Of a stretch of DNA of 64,000 bases, positions 10,001 through 17,399 are shown in pieces. The first letter of the stretch is position 1. Every line of letters starts with the position of its first letter. The translations under genes were made by a program, and so were the position numbers. This DNA comes from Clostridiales bacterium Firm_18 (GTDB taxonomy: Bacteria; Bacillota; Clostridia; Monoglobales; Firm-18), in NCBI GenBank assembly GCA_001604215.1, contig LVAX01000092.1, positions 3,027-67,026 of the forward strand, given 5' to 3'. The notes under the pieces are model-generated. The model was not told where the DNA came from, did not search any database, and saw only the letters and a program-made list of their open reading frames with translations.

Positions 10001-10169
10001 CGGCTGGAGCAAGGCACTGTCCGAAATGAATTATTTAAAAACGGGTTATTCCTCGGACGGTCTTTTGGATGTACATTATGTAACGGATGAAGACATAAAA
10101 AATAAAAGCTCGTATGCCGTTAAAATCAATTCGGCCTATGACCCCGCGACCCTGCTTCGCAAAAAATAA
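7050..10169 (+). CDS. large multidomain protein: unknown N-terminal region, PEP/pyruvate-binding (PPDK_N-type ATP-grasp) domain, C-terminal Pol-beta-type nucleotidyltransferase domain
   Basis: AGGAGG lies 7 nt before the ATG at 7050; the listed ORF starts at 7023. PPDK_N-like motifs are KLGGKATGFF, VRSSSLLEDHLNFSFSGKYKSLF, MGIMIQEAI, GVAFSNN and VVMGLGTRAVD (about nt 7995-9116). NTase signature LFGS-x10-DIDIII is at about nt 9825-10112. I did not see a phospho-histidine swivel motif. Confidence 0.7.
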   Translation: MDKSKDISVLIERAKELECLYLIDEALSKDSLSDILTEISAVTPSGFCYEKECIVTVVLDDVHYSVKEQAPDCHELKVDIVINDKIRGYIKAAYPQNIFAKGDIVFLPQEKKLLQAISNKIARIIYQKFYRYYSDDNGNWTAILKLLQNSNREMLLHVCEKMLVHLAAKNTKLVENVFSEMGWIEHKYKGEINYPLENLSAVDAAVLSEKLFNAASQCFDDKHIFEQILLWIYQRETYELIKIVNRQSTEIKDISKALTKYQNAVKANKKVNESTQRWLFVELIRRFLTDNPKQIEKIRKYVSVDDFCELLGSFVCSPQSKGKLGGKATGFFAANQIIKAHIRQYPEFENVRMPKTWFIPSGEMDYFLSENGLDELNEHKYRDMTEIRIIYPKIVQTFKNAKLSSYVINQLNQILDEYDNKPLIVRSSSLLEDHLNFSFSGKYKSLFVSNSGPKAKRLKELTDAILEVYASMYNPDGVQYRKERNLLDSAEQMGIMIQEAIGFRVGPYYFPLYAGVAFSNNELRWSPRIKREDGLVRVVMGLGTRAVDRVGDDYPVLISPGQANLSVNQAPEEIQKYSPQMLDAIDMENSRFVTVSIAQLIKEYGNEIPQLDTVLSVFKNDFISDFNVFTADYKKDNFVVSFSGLINKTPGIKRIKLILDLLKENLGYPVDIEFAYDGQFFYLLQCRPQIDSYYSDSVAIPNEISPKDTIFTADKYISNGKVLGIKTIIYVDPEEYEKLETYDDLINVASAVSELNRMLPRKSFILIGPGRWGSRGDIKLGVRVTYSDICNTAMIIEIANKNSKYQPELSFGTHFFQDLVEAGIKYLPLYPEREGTVFNSRFFSRSQNKLSQSLPAYSYLDKVIKVISIEEEYPSREMNVLMNADLEKAVAYLELASKEEKYQNPYIENEVYDKTKQEGQGWKWRHYMAEVIASKMDFDAFCVKGVYLFGSTNTCTAELNSDIDIIIHFGGTKEQKKQLDAWLDGWSKALSEMNYLKTGYSSDGLLDVHYVTDEDIKNKSSYAVKINSAYDPATLLRKK

Positions 10170-10180
10170 CTTTATTTAAA

Positions 10181-10297
10181 TTTATAGGAAATTGCGCGAA
10201 AGGCGCGCAATTTCACGCTCCGGCGAAATAAATTCGCCTGCGCTTACGCTCGCGCGGCGAGATGAGGCGTTCGGGAAAGCGCTACGCGCCCGAACGC
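10181..10297 (+). repeat. 118-bp multi-hairpin repeat element, copy A
   Basis: Four consecutive stem-loops: ATTGCGCG/CGCGCAAT, GGCGAA/TTCGCC, CTCGC/GCGAG, GCGTTCGGG/CCCGAACGC. Followed by ATTATTTTTTT. Directly downstream of the large + strand gene. Confidence 0.85.
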
Positions 10298-10310
10298 ATT
10301 ATTTTTTTAA

Positions 10311-10427
10311 TTTATAGGAAATTGCGCAAAACCCGCGCAATTTCGCGCTTCGGCGGAATGAATCCGCCTTCGCTTTCCCTCGCGGGGCGAGATGAGGCGT
10401 TCGGGAAAGCGCTACGCGCCCGAACGC
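10311..10427 (+). repeat. 118-bp multi-hairpin repeat element, copy B (tandem to copy A, 130-bp period)
   Basis: Same architecture as copy A. The second stem is GGCGGA/TCCGCC, which is compensatory relative to copy A. Followed by TTTTTT. Overlaps the last codons and the stop of the minus-strand PBP gene. Confidence 0.85.
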
Positions 10428-11812
10428 TTTTTTACATATTGCCTTATAATATCCCTTGCAATAGGTGCGCACAGCTCTCCGCCGCTGCCGCCGCTGTATT
10501 CGAGCATTACCGCAACCGCAATTTGAGGGTTTTCGGCAGGAGCGAAGCATACGAACCATGCGTGGTCTTTGTTTTTTTCCTTGCCCTTTAATTCGTTTTC
10601 CGCAGTCCCGGTTTTTCCGGCCACTTTAATAGTGCTTATTTTAGCGTTTTTTCCGGTACCATTTTCAACCGTTTCAACCATTAAATCTTTAATTTTTGCC
10701 GCAACGTCGTTTGACACGGCGGTGTAAAGCTGTTGAGGGCGCTTCTCATAAACTATGCTGCCGTTTTTGTCCTCCGCCCGCTGTACGATGTAGGGCTTCA
10801 TTATTATCCCGTTGTTTGCTATCGCACATGCGGTCAGGGCCATTTGAAAAGGCGTTGCAAGGGTTTCGCCCTGTCCTATTGCAAGTGCGGCGCTGCCCGC
10901 CTCGTCCGTGTCTTTGGCTTGAAACCGGCTTCTGGTGAAATCAATGTCAAAATCAAATGTTTTGTCAAACCCGAACCTTTGCGCCGTTTGCCTCAGCACC
11001 GGGCTTGTCAGTTTTGCGCCCAATGTGCAAAAGGCATAATTGCTTGATAGTGCAAAGGCTTTTTTAAAGTCAATCCTCCCGTTTGCCTTTTTGCCGTAGT
11101 TGTCAAAGGCTGCCCCCCCTATCGAAACGGTCCCGGTATCTAAGTATTCTTCTTTGTCAAGGCCGTTTTCGATTGCAGCGGCAGCGGTAATTATTTTAAA
11201 GGTGGAGCCGGGCGGGTACAGTCCGCCTGTTGCACGGGGCAAAAGAGGGGAGTCCTTGCTTTCGGTAAGCTCTGTCCATTTTTTTGCCAGTACAGAGTCG
11301 TTGGGGTCAAAATCCGGGTTGTTTACAAGTGCCAGCACTTCACCCGTTTTCGGGTTTATGGCTACGACAGAGCCATGACGGCTTCCTAATTTGCTTTTGG
11401 CCGTGCTTTGGAGATTATGGTCTATCGTAAGCGTTAAATCGTAGCCCGATTTGCCGCTGCCGCCAATTCCGAAAACCTCCGCCACGCTGCCCCGGCCTAA
11501 AAGCAAATTGTTAAATTTGCTTTCAATCATGGTCTTTCCGTATATTTTTGAATTGTAGCCAATAACATGGCAGTATAAGGGGCCGTATTCATAAATTCTT
11601 TTGCCCTCTTGCGAATACGCCAGTACTGCGCCGCTCCTGTCTTTTATGGTTCCCCTTTCGATATCCTCCTCATATGCCCAAAGCCTTTTGTTATAAGGGC
11701 TTTGCATGACCGCCTCCCTTTGAAACACAACAAAATAGGTAAGGTATACGATAAGCATGATAAATAAAAATGAAAGGACGACAAGGGTCCTGATAATTCT
11801 TTTATTGGTCAT
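10412..11812 (-). CDS. penicillin-binding protein 2-type transpeptidase (class B PBP)
   Basis: 466 aa with an N-terminal TM anchor. Active-site motifs STFK (GSTFKIITAAAA), SSN and KTGTA. Overlaps the SEDS gene stop by 11 nt. Confidence 0.9.
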   Translation of the reverse strand: MTNKRIIRTLVVLSFLFIMLIVYLTYFVVFQREAVMQSPYNKRLWAYEEDIERGTIKDRSGAVLAYSQEGKRIYEYGPLYCHVIGYNSKIYGKTMIESKFNNLLLGRGSVAEVFGIGGSGKSGYDLTLTIDHNLQSTAKSKLGSRHGSVVAINPKTGEVLALVNNPDFDPNDSVLAKKWTELTESKDSPLLPRATGGLYPPGSTFKIITAAAAIENGLDKEEYLDTGTVSIGGAAFDNYGKKANGRIDFKKAFALSSNYAFCTLGAKLTSPVLRQTAQRFGFDKTFDFDIDFTRSRFQAKDTDEAGSAALAIGQGETLATPFQMALTACAIANNGIIMKPYIVQRAEDKNGSIVYEKRPQQLYTAVSNDVAAKIKDLMVETVENGTGKNAKISTIKVAGKTGTAENELKGKEKNKDHAWFVCFAPAENPQIAVAVMLEYSGGSGGELCAPIARDIIRQYVKKRSGA

Positions 11813-13025
11813 TTGCCTGCCTCCTTCCGGCGGATACTGCCTGCAGGATACCCAGCGATATAAAACTGGTTACAAGGGAGCTTCCCCCGCTGCTTACAAA
11901 GGGCATTGTTATACCCGTCAGCGGTATAAGCTTTATTACGCCGCCTATAATTATGAAGGTTTGGAAGGCAAACATAATCGAGATGCCGAGAGCAACGCAT
12001 TTATCGAATCCCTCCGGCAGCAGGAGCGCAATTTTAATGCCCCGGTAAACAAATATGAAGTAAAGCAAAATAACCGCGGCCCCCCCGAAAATGCCCATTT
12101 CTTCGCATATGGCGGAAAATATAAAGTCCGAATTTGCCTGAGGGATAAAATCCGGGTTGCCCATGCCTATGCCCCTGCCGAAAAAGCCGCCGGACGCAAT
12201 GGCAAAAAGTGACTGTGTGATTTGATAGCCGGTGTTTGAAATATCTTCCCATGGATTTCTCCATGTTTTTATGCGAATTGCAATGTGATGCATGGTAAGC
12301 GAGCCGATAGCGCCAACCGCTGCTGTAACAAGGGCGTTTGCCAAAAGGAAAATTTTATCGTCGTCATAAATATACGTAAGGGTAAAATAAGTTAAAAAAT
12401 AAAGAAGCGTCAAGCCCCATTCACGCTGGAGTATCAAAAAAAACATAAAAACAAAGGAGAACAGTGCGGTTGTATAGTTTTCCGGCAGGTTAAACAATTT
12501 TTTGTTATTGCCGGTGAGCCGTGCGGCGATAAATAAGATAAATAAAATTTTAATTATCTCGGAGGGCTGAAACGAAAGGCTGCCTATCATTATCCAGTTC
12601 TTTGCGCCGTTAATGGTTATGCCGATTACCTGAGTCAGAATGTAAAGAAAAACCGACAAGCCGAAATAAAACCATTTAAGAAAACGCCAGATATTTATAT
12701 ATCTGTATAAAATATATGCAGCGTAAAAAACGCATACGGAAATCAAATACCAGCCTACCTGCGCAATTCCCATCGAATAATCCAGCCTGCACAGCATCAC
12801 AACCCCGATTGATATCAGCATGGAAGCAATTATGAATAAATACCTGTCCCCTAAATTAAAAAAACTTATCGCCAGGTATGTAATTACGCTGAGTATCGTA
12901 ATTGATACGCCCACGAAAAGAATCTGATAATTGGGCGGCGTGCGGTAAAAAAACAAAAGCAAAAAAGCAAGCGTATTTATTATAACTATCATATTAATCG
13001 GATGCTTTGCAAGCTTTGATATCAT
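11802..13025 (-). CDS. FtsW/RodA/SpoVE (SEDS) family peptidoglycan glycosyltransferase
   Basis: 407-aa polytopic membrane protein with the conserved C-terminal region ...TGITMPFVSSGGSS. Operonic with the PBP2 and FHA genes. Confidence 0.9.
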   Translation of the reverse strand: MISKLAKHPINMIVIINTLAFLLLFFYRTPPNYQILFVGVSITILSVITYLAISFFNLGDRYLFIIASMLISIGVVMLCRLDYSMGIAQVGWYLISVCVFYAAYILYRYINIWRFLKWFYFGLSVFLYILTQVIGITINGAKNWIMIGSLSFQPSEIIKILFILFIAARLTGNNKKLFNLPENYTTALFSFVFMFFLILQREWGLTLLYFLTYFTLTYIYDDDKIFLLANALVTAAVGAIGSLTMHHIAIRIKTWRNPWEDISNTGYQITQSLFAIASGGFFGRGIGMGNPDFIPQANSDFIFSAICEEMGIFGGAAVILLYFIFVYRGIKIALLLPEGFDKCVALGISIMFAFQTFIIIGGVIKLIPLTGITMPFVSSGGSSLVTSFISLGILQAVSAGRRQANDQ

Positions 13026-13034
13026 TGCCTTAAA

Positions 13035-13517
13035 TCACCTCAATACCGCCATAAATTCAACCTGACCGATTTTTATACGGTCGCCGCTGTCTAAAATCAA
13101 AGGTTCGTCGTCCATTTTTATTCCGTTTATATACGTTCCGTTAGTGCTTCCCATATCGGCTATGTACCATTCGTCGTCCTCGCTCCAAAGCTGGACGTGC
13201 CGTGTTGAAATATAATAATCATCAATTACAATATCGCAATTTGCACCCCTGCCTATAACAATAACCTCTTTATCCAGCGGATATGCTGATTCGACTTCGA
13301 AGTACAAATTGTTTTTATCCGTCAAAAGCTGAAGATATGCCATACCCCTGGGGATTCCACGGGGACGCGGCATGTTTGTTTTTTTAATGTCAAGATATAT
13401 CATTCTCATAATACCGAAAATGAACAAATAAATTATTGTTATAAAAATGTACTTAAAAATCGCAGCTAAAATATTATACACATTATATATATCCGCCATA
13501 TTAAAAAGCCTTTCCAT
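13035..13517 (-). CDS. FHA domain protein with an N-terminal membrane anchor
   Basis: C-terminal FHA signature VIGRGANCDIVIDD...ISTRHVQL...STNGTYING. The second Met at 13499 is a possible true start. Confidence 0.85.
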   Translation of the reverse strand: MERLFNMADIYNVYNILAAIFKYIFITIIYLFIFGIMRMIYLDIKKTNMPRPRGIPRGMAYLQLLTDKNNLYFEVESAYPLDKEVIVIGRGANCDIVIDDYYISTRHVQLWSEDDEWYIADMGSTNGTYINGIKMDDEPLILDSGDRIKIGQVEFMAVLR

Positions 13518-13639
13518 TTAACAGATTTGGTATTTGCTGCTTTTTCCTCTTATAGACATTTTAGCATATAATGCATTGAAAGGTCAATAAGATTTGTATT
13601 TTTAGCTTCTCTGTCAATAATTCTGCCACAAAGAATTTG

Positions 13640-13705
13640 CGCAAAAAAAGTAAAAAGCATATAAGACCCGGCTCTCTTATGTCTAAAAGAGCCAAGCCCT
13701 TATGC
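13640..13705 (-). terminator. intrinsic terminator downstream of the Gfo/Idh-isomerase operon
   Basis: On the minus strand, GCATAAGGGCTTGGCTCT...AGAGCCGGGTCTTATATGC forms an imperfect long hairpin followed by TTTTTACTTTTTTT. Confidence 0.6.
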
Positions 13706-13735
13706 TTTTTAAAGAAGGGGTGAAATATTGATTAA

Positions 13736-14797
13736 TTACAGTATAACTTCCCGGCAGGTTTTGGCGGATTCGTATATGGCGTCCAGGATTTTCATTATTT
13801 CAATACCGTCATCCGCGGGCGAAATACAGCGTGCTTCGTTTTTTGTGCAGGATACAAAATGGTTGATTTCGTTCGAGAATAAGCCGTCGAAGGACAATGC
13901 GGTATCCGCGTCAAGGCTTATATCCGCCAAATAATTATTTGCTTCGGTGTAAAGTTCCAATTCGGGGTTAAGCCTGGCGCCGCCTTTCGTACCGAACAGT
14001 TCGATTTTTCCTTCGTCATTTTTGGTATGCAGGCTAAAGCTTGTTTCTACCGAGAGAACAGTTCCGTTGTCAAACCTTATCATTGCGGTTGCTAAATCCT
14101 CTACGGAGCAAATATCATTATCCGATGATCCGGCGGATTTATAGACCCTCTTTCCCTTGATATTTTTTCTGTCGCCGAGCTTGTCGAAGGTTGCTCCGTA
14201 AACGGATACCGGCCTGGGGTTGCCGAGCAGGTACCTGACAAGGTCGATAACATGAACACCCAGGTCAATAAGCGGGCCGCCGCCGGAGCGTTTCACGTCG
14301 CCGAACCATCCGCCCGGGTTGCCGATTTTCCTTATATATGTTGCTTTTGTGTAGTATATATCACCAAAAAAATCCGATTCAATAAAATCCTTCAGTATTT
14401 CGCAGTCATTTCCGAATCGTCGTACAAAGCCAATCATCAGAAGTTTTTTGTTTTTATCCGCGGCATCCTTCATAAGCTGCGCATCCCGGGCCGATACGGA
14501 CATCGGCTTTTCACACAAAACATGCTTGCCTGCATTGAGGGCCGCGATTGTACACGGCGCATGCATGGAATTCCAGGTACACACGCTTACCGCGTCCAGT
14601 TCTTTAAGCTTTAACATTTCGTTATAATCGGTATATTTTTTATCAATATTGTATTTCAGAGCCTTTTTTTCAAGAAGTTCGGAATCAATATCGCATAAAG
14701 CATAGAGCCGTACATCAGGGTTTTGAAGGTATCCGTTTATATGTAAATCGGAAATTGAACCCGCTCCTATTACCCCCACATTTATTTTATCATGCAT
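13736..14797 (-). CDS. Gfo/Idh/MocA family oxidoreductase
   Basis: 353 aa with the N-terminal Rossmann motif INVGVIGAGSIS and the typical EKP motif (LCEKPMS). Confidence 0.85.
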   Translation of the reverse strand: MHDKINVGVIGAGSISDLHINGYLQNPDVRLYALCDIDSELLEKKALKYNIDKKYTDYNEMLKLKELDAVSVCTWNSMHAPCTIAALNAGKHVLCEKPMSVSARDAQLMKDAADKNKKLLMIGFVRRFGNDCEILKDFIESDFFGDIYYTKATYIRKIGNPGGWFGDVKRSGGGPLIDLGVHVIDLVRYLLGNPRPVSVYGATFDKLGDRKNIKGKRVYKSAGSSDNDICSVEDLATAMIRFDNGTVLSVETSFSLHTKNDEGKIELFGTKGGARLNPELELYTEANNYLADISLDADTALSFDGLFSNEINHFVSCTKNEARCISPADDGIEIMKILDAIYESAKTCREVIL

Positions 14798-14799
14798 TT

Positions 14800-15648
14800 T
14801 TATATCCCCCTAATTTTTTTGGTTAAAAAAGCAATCGCATTTTTAATATCAAGCTCGGGGTTATCCCCCACCTCCCGTTCGATTGTCAAAAAGCCTTTAT
14901 AGCCGATGCTGTCGAGTGCTTTTAAATAGTTGTCAAAATCAACATCCCCTTCGCCTAAGGGCAGTTCGATAAATGCTTTGCTTTCTTTTATTTCATCTTC
15001 AATCAGGCCGTATATTACCTCGGGATCTTTAACCGCAAGCCTTCTTCCGTCTTTGGCGTGTGTATGGACGATGTAATCCTTCAGCGTATAAACCGCCGCC
15101 ACAGGGTCGTCGCCCGTAACCATGACAAAATTTGCCGGGTCAAGGTTAACGGCAACGCCTTTGGAATTCAAATCATCCAAAAAGACCTTTAACACCGCAG
15201 CCGTTTCCGGTCCGGTTTCAATTGCAAAATGCGCGCCGACACTGTCCGCATACCTGCTTAGTTCAAAGCAAGCCTCATGCATGATTTTATACCTTTCATG
15301 GCTTTTATCGGCAGGCACAACACCGATGTGTGTGGTAACCACATCGGTTTCCAGGTCCTTTGCAAGGTCCAGAATCCTTTTTGATTTTTCTATCAGCATC
15401 GGATTCTTTTCCTTGTTGCCGAAGCCTTGCCCCAAATCGCCGCACAATGCCGAAAAAACAAGCCCGCTGGACTTTACCATGTCGAGCAGTTCCTTCCTTT
15501 TGGCCGGTGTCAGGTTTTCCGGCGCATAGTCCCCCGAGGTTGCATACATTTGCAATCCTTTTGCCCCAAGGGAAGCGGCCTTTTCAATTGCCTCTTTTGT
15601 ATCAAGCTTAAAGGAATCAAGCATTACACCTATTGAAAAATTATACAT
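14800..15648 (-). CDS. sugar phosphate isomerase/epimerase (xylose isomerase-like TIM barrel)
   Basis: 282 aa with family-typical segments (THIGVVP, FAIETGPE, HTHAKDG, TIERE). Only 2 nt from the downstream oxidoreductase gene. Confidence 0.8.
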   Translation of the reverse strand: MYNFSIGVMLDSFKLDTKEAIEKAASLGAKGLQMYATSGDYAPENLTPAKRKELLDMVKSSGLVFSALCGDLGQGFGNKEKNPMLIEKSKRILDLAKDLETDVVTTHIGVVPADKSHERYKIMHEACFELSRYADSVGAHFAIETGPETAAVLKVFLDDLNSKGVAVNLDPANFVMVTGDDPVAAVYTLKDYIVHTHAKDGRRLAVKDPEVIYGLIEDEIKESKAFIELPLGEGDVDFDNYLKALDSIGYKGFLTIEREVGDNPELDIKNAIAFLTKKIRGI

Positions 15649-15771
15649 AATTTTTTCTCCTTTCCGAGGTTGCTTTATTATAATTATTATTGTATAATTG
15701 TTTCATAAAGTTGTAAACATATTTTTTTGAGGCAAATTAACACTATTTTGATTTACCGGGGTTGATTTTTT

Positions 15772-16596
15772 ATGAATTCGGCATGCTATGAAGCTCATAC
15801 TTATCCGGACCCGGATTTACCGATTATATTTCATTATAATCATATGAATGAAAATATAAAATTTTTATCGCACTGGCATGAGGCTGTTGAGATTTTATAT
15901 ATTGTAAAGGGAAGCATATCGGTAATATCCGGCCACAAATGGTTTACGGCTGAAAAAGGTAATATATTAATAGTCAATTCAAACAATATTCACTATATAA
16001 GAGGAAACGCCGAGTATTACTGTTTGATAATGGGAGAGAAGCTGTGCTGTAATTTAGGTTTTGGTGCAATTGATAATGTTGTGTTTCGGGAATTAATTTC
16101 GGATATTAAAATAGCAAACAGCATCATAGAAATCGAGACGGAATTGAAAGATAAAAAAGCACACTATAAAACAGCCGTAAAGGCAAGGTTGGCGGATATT
16201 ATGATAATTCTTTTAAGGGATTATGCTCTCTCAAAGTCTTTACTGAGCGACAATGTACAAAGTGCCAAAACGGATATGGTAAAAAAGGCAATCAAATATA
16301 TAAAAGAGCATTACAGTGAAAGGATATCCACTAAAGATGTTGCAAGGCAAGCGGGCGTCAGCGAGGCGCATTTTTGCCGGATTTTCAAAGCGAATACCGG
16401 GTTTTCGGTTATTTCGTATATTAATTTATTAAGATGCTATCATGCCAGGTCGCTTTTTCTTAAAGGCACGCACAATGTCGGAGAGGCTGCCATCTCCTGC
16501 GGGTTTGAAAATATATCCTATTTTACAAAGACTTATAAAAAACATATAGGCAGTTTGCCCTCCGCCGATAAAGCCGCGGCGGAGGATACGGAATAA
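15772..16596 (+). CDS. AraC family transcriptional regulator (cupin N-domain plus HTH)
   Basis: 274 aa. The C-terminus has the AraC HTH pattern (ISTKDVARQAGVSEAHFCRIFK...GFENISYFTKTYKKHIG). Divergent from the sugar operon. Confidence 0.88.
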   Translation: MNSACYEAHTYPDPDLPIIFHYNHMNENIKFLSHWHEAVEILYIVKGSISVISGHKWFTAEKGNILIVNSNNIHYIRGNAEYYCLIMGEKLCCNLGFGAIDNVVFRELISDIKIANSIIEIETELKDKKAHYKTAVKARLADIMIILLRDYALSKSLLSDNVQSAKTDMVKKAIKYIKEHYSERISTKDVARQAGVSEAHFCRIFKANTGFSVISYINLLRCYHARSLFLKGTHNVGEAAISCGFENISYFTKTYKKHIGSLPSADKAAAEDTE

Positions 16597-16610
16597 CGGG
16601 CAAACTGTAG

Positions 16611-16654
16611 GCATAAGGGAGCCAAACCCCATATAGGGTTCGACTCCCTTATGC
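16611..16654. terminator. hairpin between convergent genes (araC-like and the last glutamate synthase gene)
   Basis: GCATAAGGGAG...CTCCCTTATGC has an 11-bp stem. Followed by TTTATA on the + strand. The T-tract is weak in both directions. Confidence 0.5.
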
Positions 16655-16664
16655 TTTATACAAG

Positions 16665-17399
16665 CTATACATAAGCATACATATTGGCGTACGGACGTTT
16701 GGAGCGGGGAATGATTTTTACAAATTCCTCGTTTAATATATCCTTTCGGTCATAATTAAAGCGCGAACAATATCCGTCGATATATTGCGATATTATTTTT
16801 TTATCATCTTCATCACATGCTAAGGCCATAACTTCATTTGAAATCCTTGCTTTGGGGATGCCGCCGCGAAGGTATATCACGCCGCCGTGCATGCCCGTGG
16901 CAAACCTGTACCCGGCAATTTCGGCGTCCCTGGGTTTGTCCAGCCCCAGAATTATGATTATTCCGCCCGCCATATATTCCCCTAAGAAGGAGCCGGCGCA
17001 ACCGCCTATAACAATTGCGGGCCTGGAGTTTTTGTATTCCTTCATGTGAATTCCGCAGCGGTAACCCACATTGGATTTTATATACATTGTGCCGCCCCGC
17101 ATTGCATAGCCCGGCGCATCGCCCGCGCTGCCGCAAACCGTTATTTCACCGCTGCCCATTGTGTTGCCCGCAGCGTCCTGAACATTTCCGCTTACCCTTA
17201 CTACCGGGCCGTCCATGTATGCGGCAAGGTCGTTTCCGGGTGTTCCGAATATATCAAGATTGTAGTCCCCTTTCAGGCCGCAGCCAATATAACGCTGGCC
17301 GTTAACATCCTTTATCGTTACTTTTTTGTGCTTTGCATAAGCTTTTCTGAGGTCTTCGTTTAAATTTTGATAGTGCTTGCTGTTTGCGCTTATAATCAT
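16665..17399 (-). CDS. glutamate synthase alpha-subunit C-terminal (GXGXG) domain protein
   Basis: 244 aa of repetitive G-x-G beta-helix motifs (GTPGNDLAAYMDGPVVRVSGNVQDAAGNTMGSGEITVCGSAGDAPGYAMRGG). Confidence 0.85.
   Translation of the reverse strand: MIISANSKHYQNLNEDLRKAYAKHKKVTIKDVNGQRYIGCGLKGDYNLDIFGTPGNDLAAYMDGPVVRVSGNVQDAAGNTMGSGEITVCGSAGDAPGYAMRGGTMYIKSNVGYRCGIHMKEYKNSRPAIVIGGCAGSFLGEYMAGGIIIILGLDKPRDAEIAGYRFATGMHGGVIYLRGGIPKARISNEVMALACDEDDKKIISQYIDGYCSRFNYDRKDILNEEFVKIIPRSKRPYANMYAYV

Noticed and set aside
10262-10591. Listed ORFs of 109 aa (+) and 86 aa (-) between the large gene and the PBP gene
   Set aside because: They lie entirely within the tandem 118-bp repeats and the PBP 3' end, have no RBS, and give Arg/Ala-rich low-complexity translations produced by the GC-rich hairpins.
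13657-16654. Two terminator hairpins (13657-13705 and 16611-16654) share GCATA(T)AAG...CCCTTATGC ends, possibly a third repeat family
   Set aside because: The similarity is limited to about 9 nt at each stem end and the interiors differ. Two instances are not enough to separate a family from coincidence.
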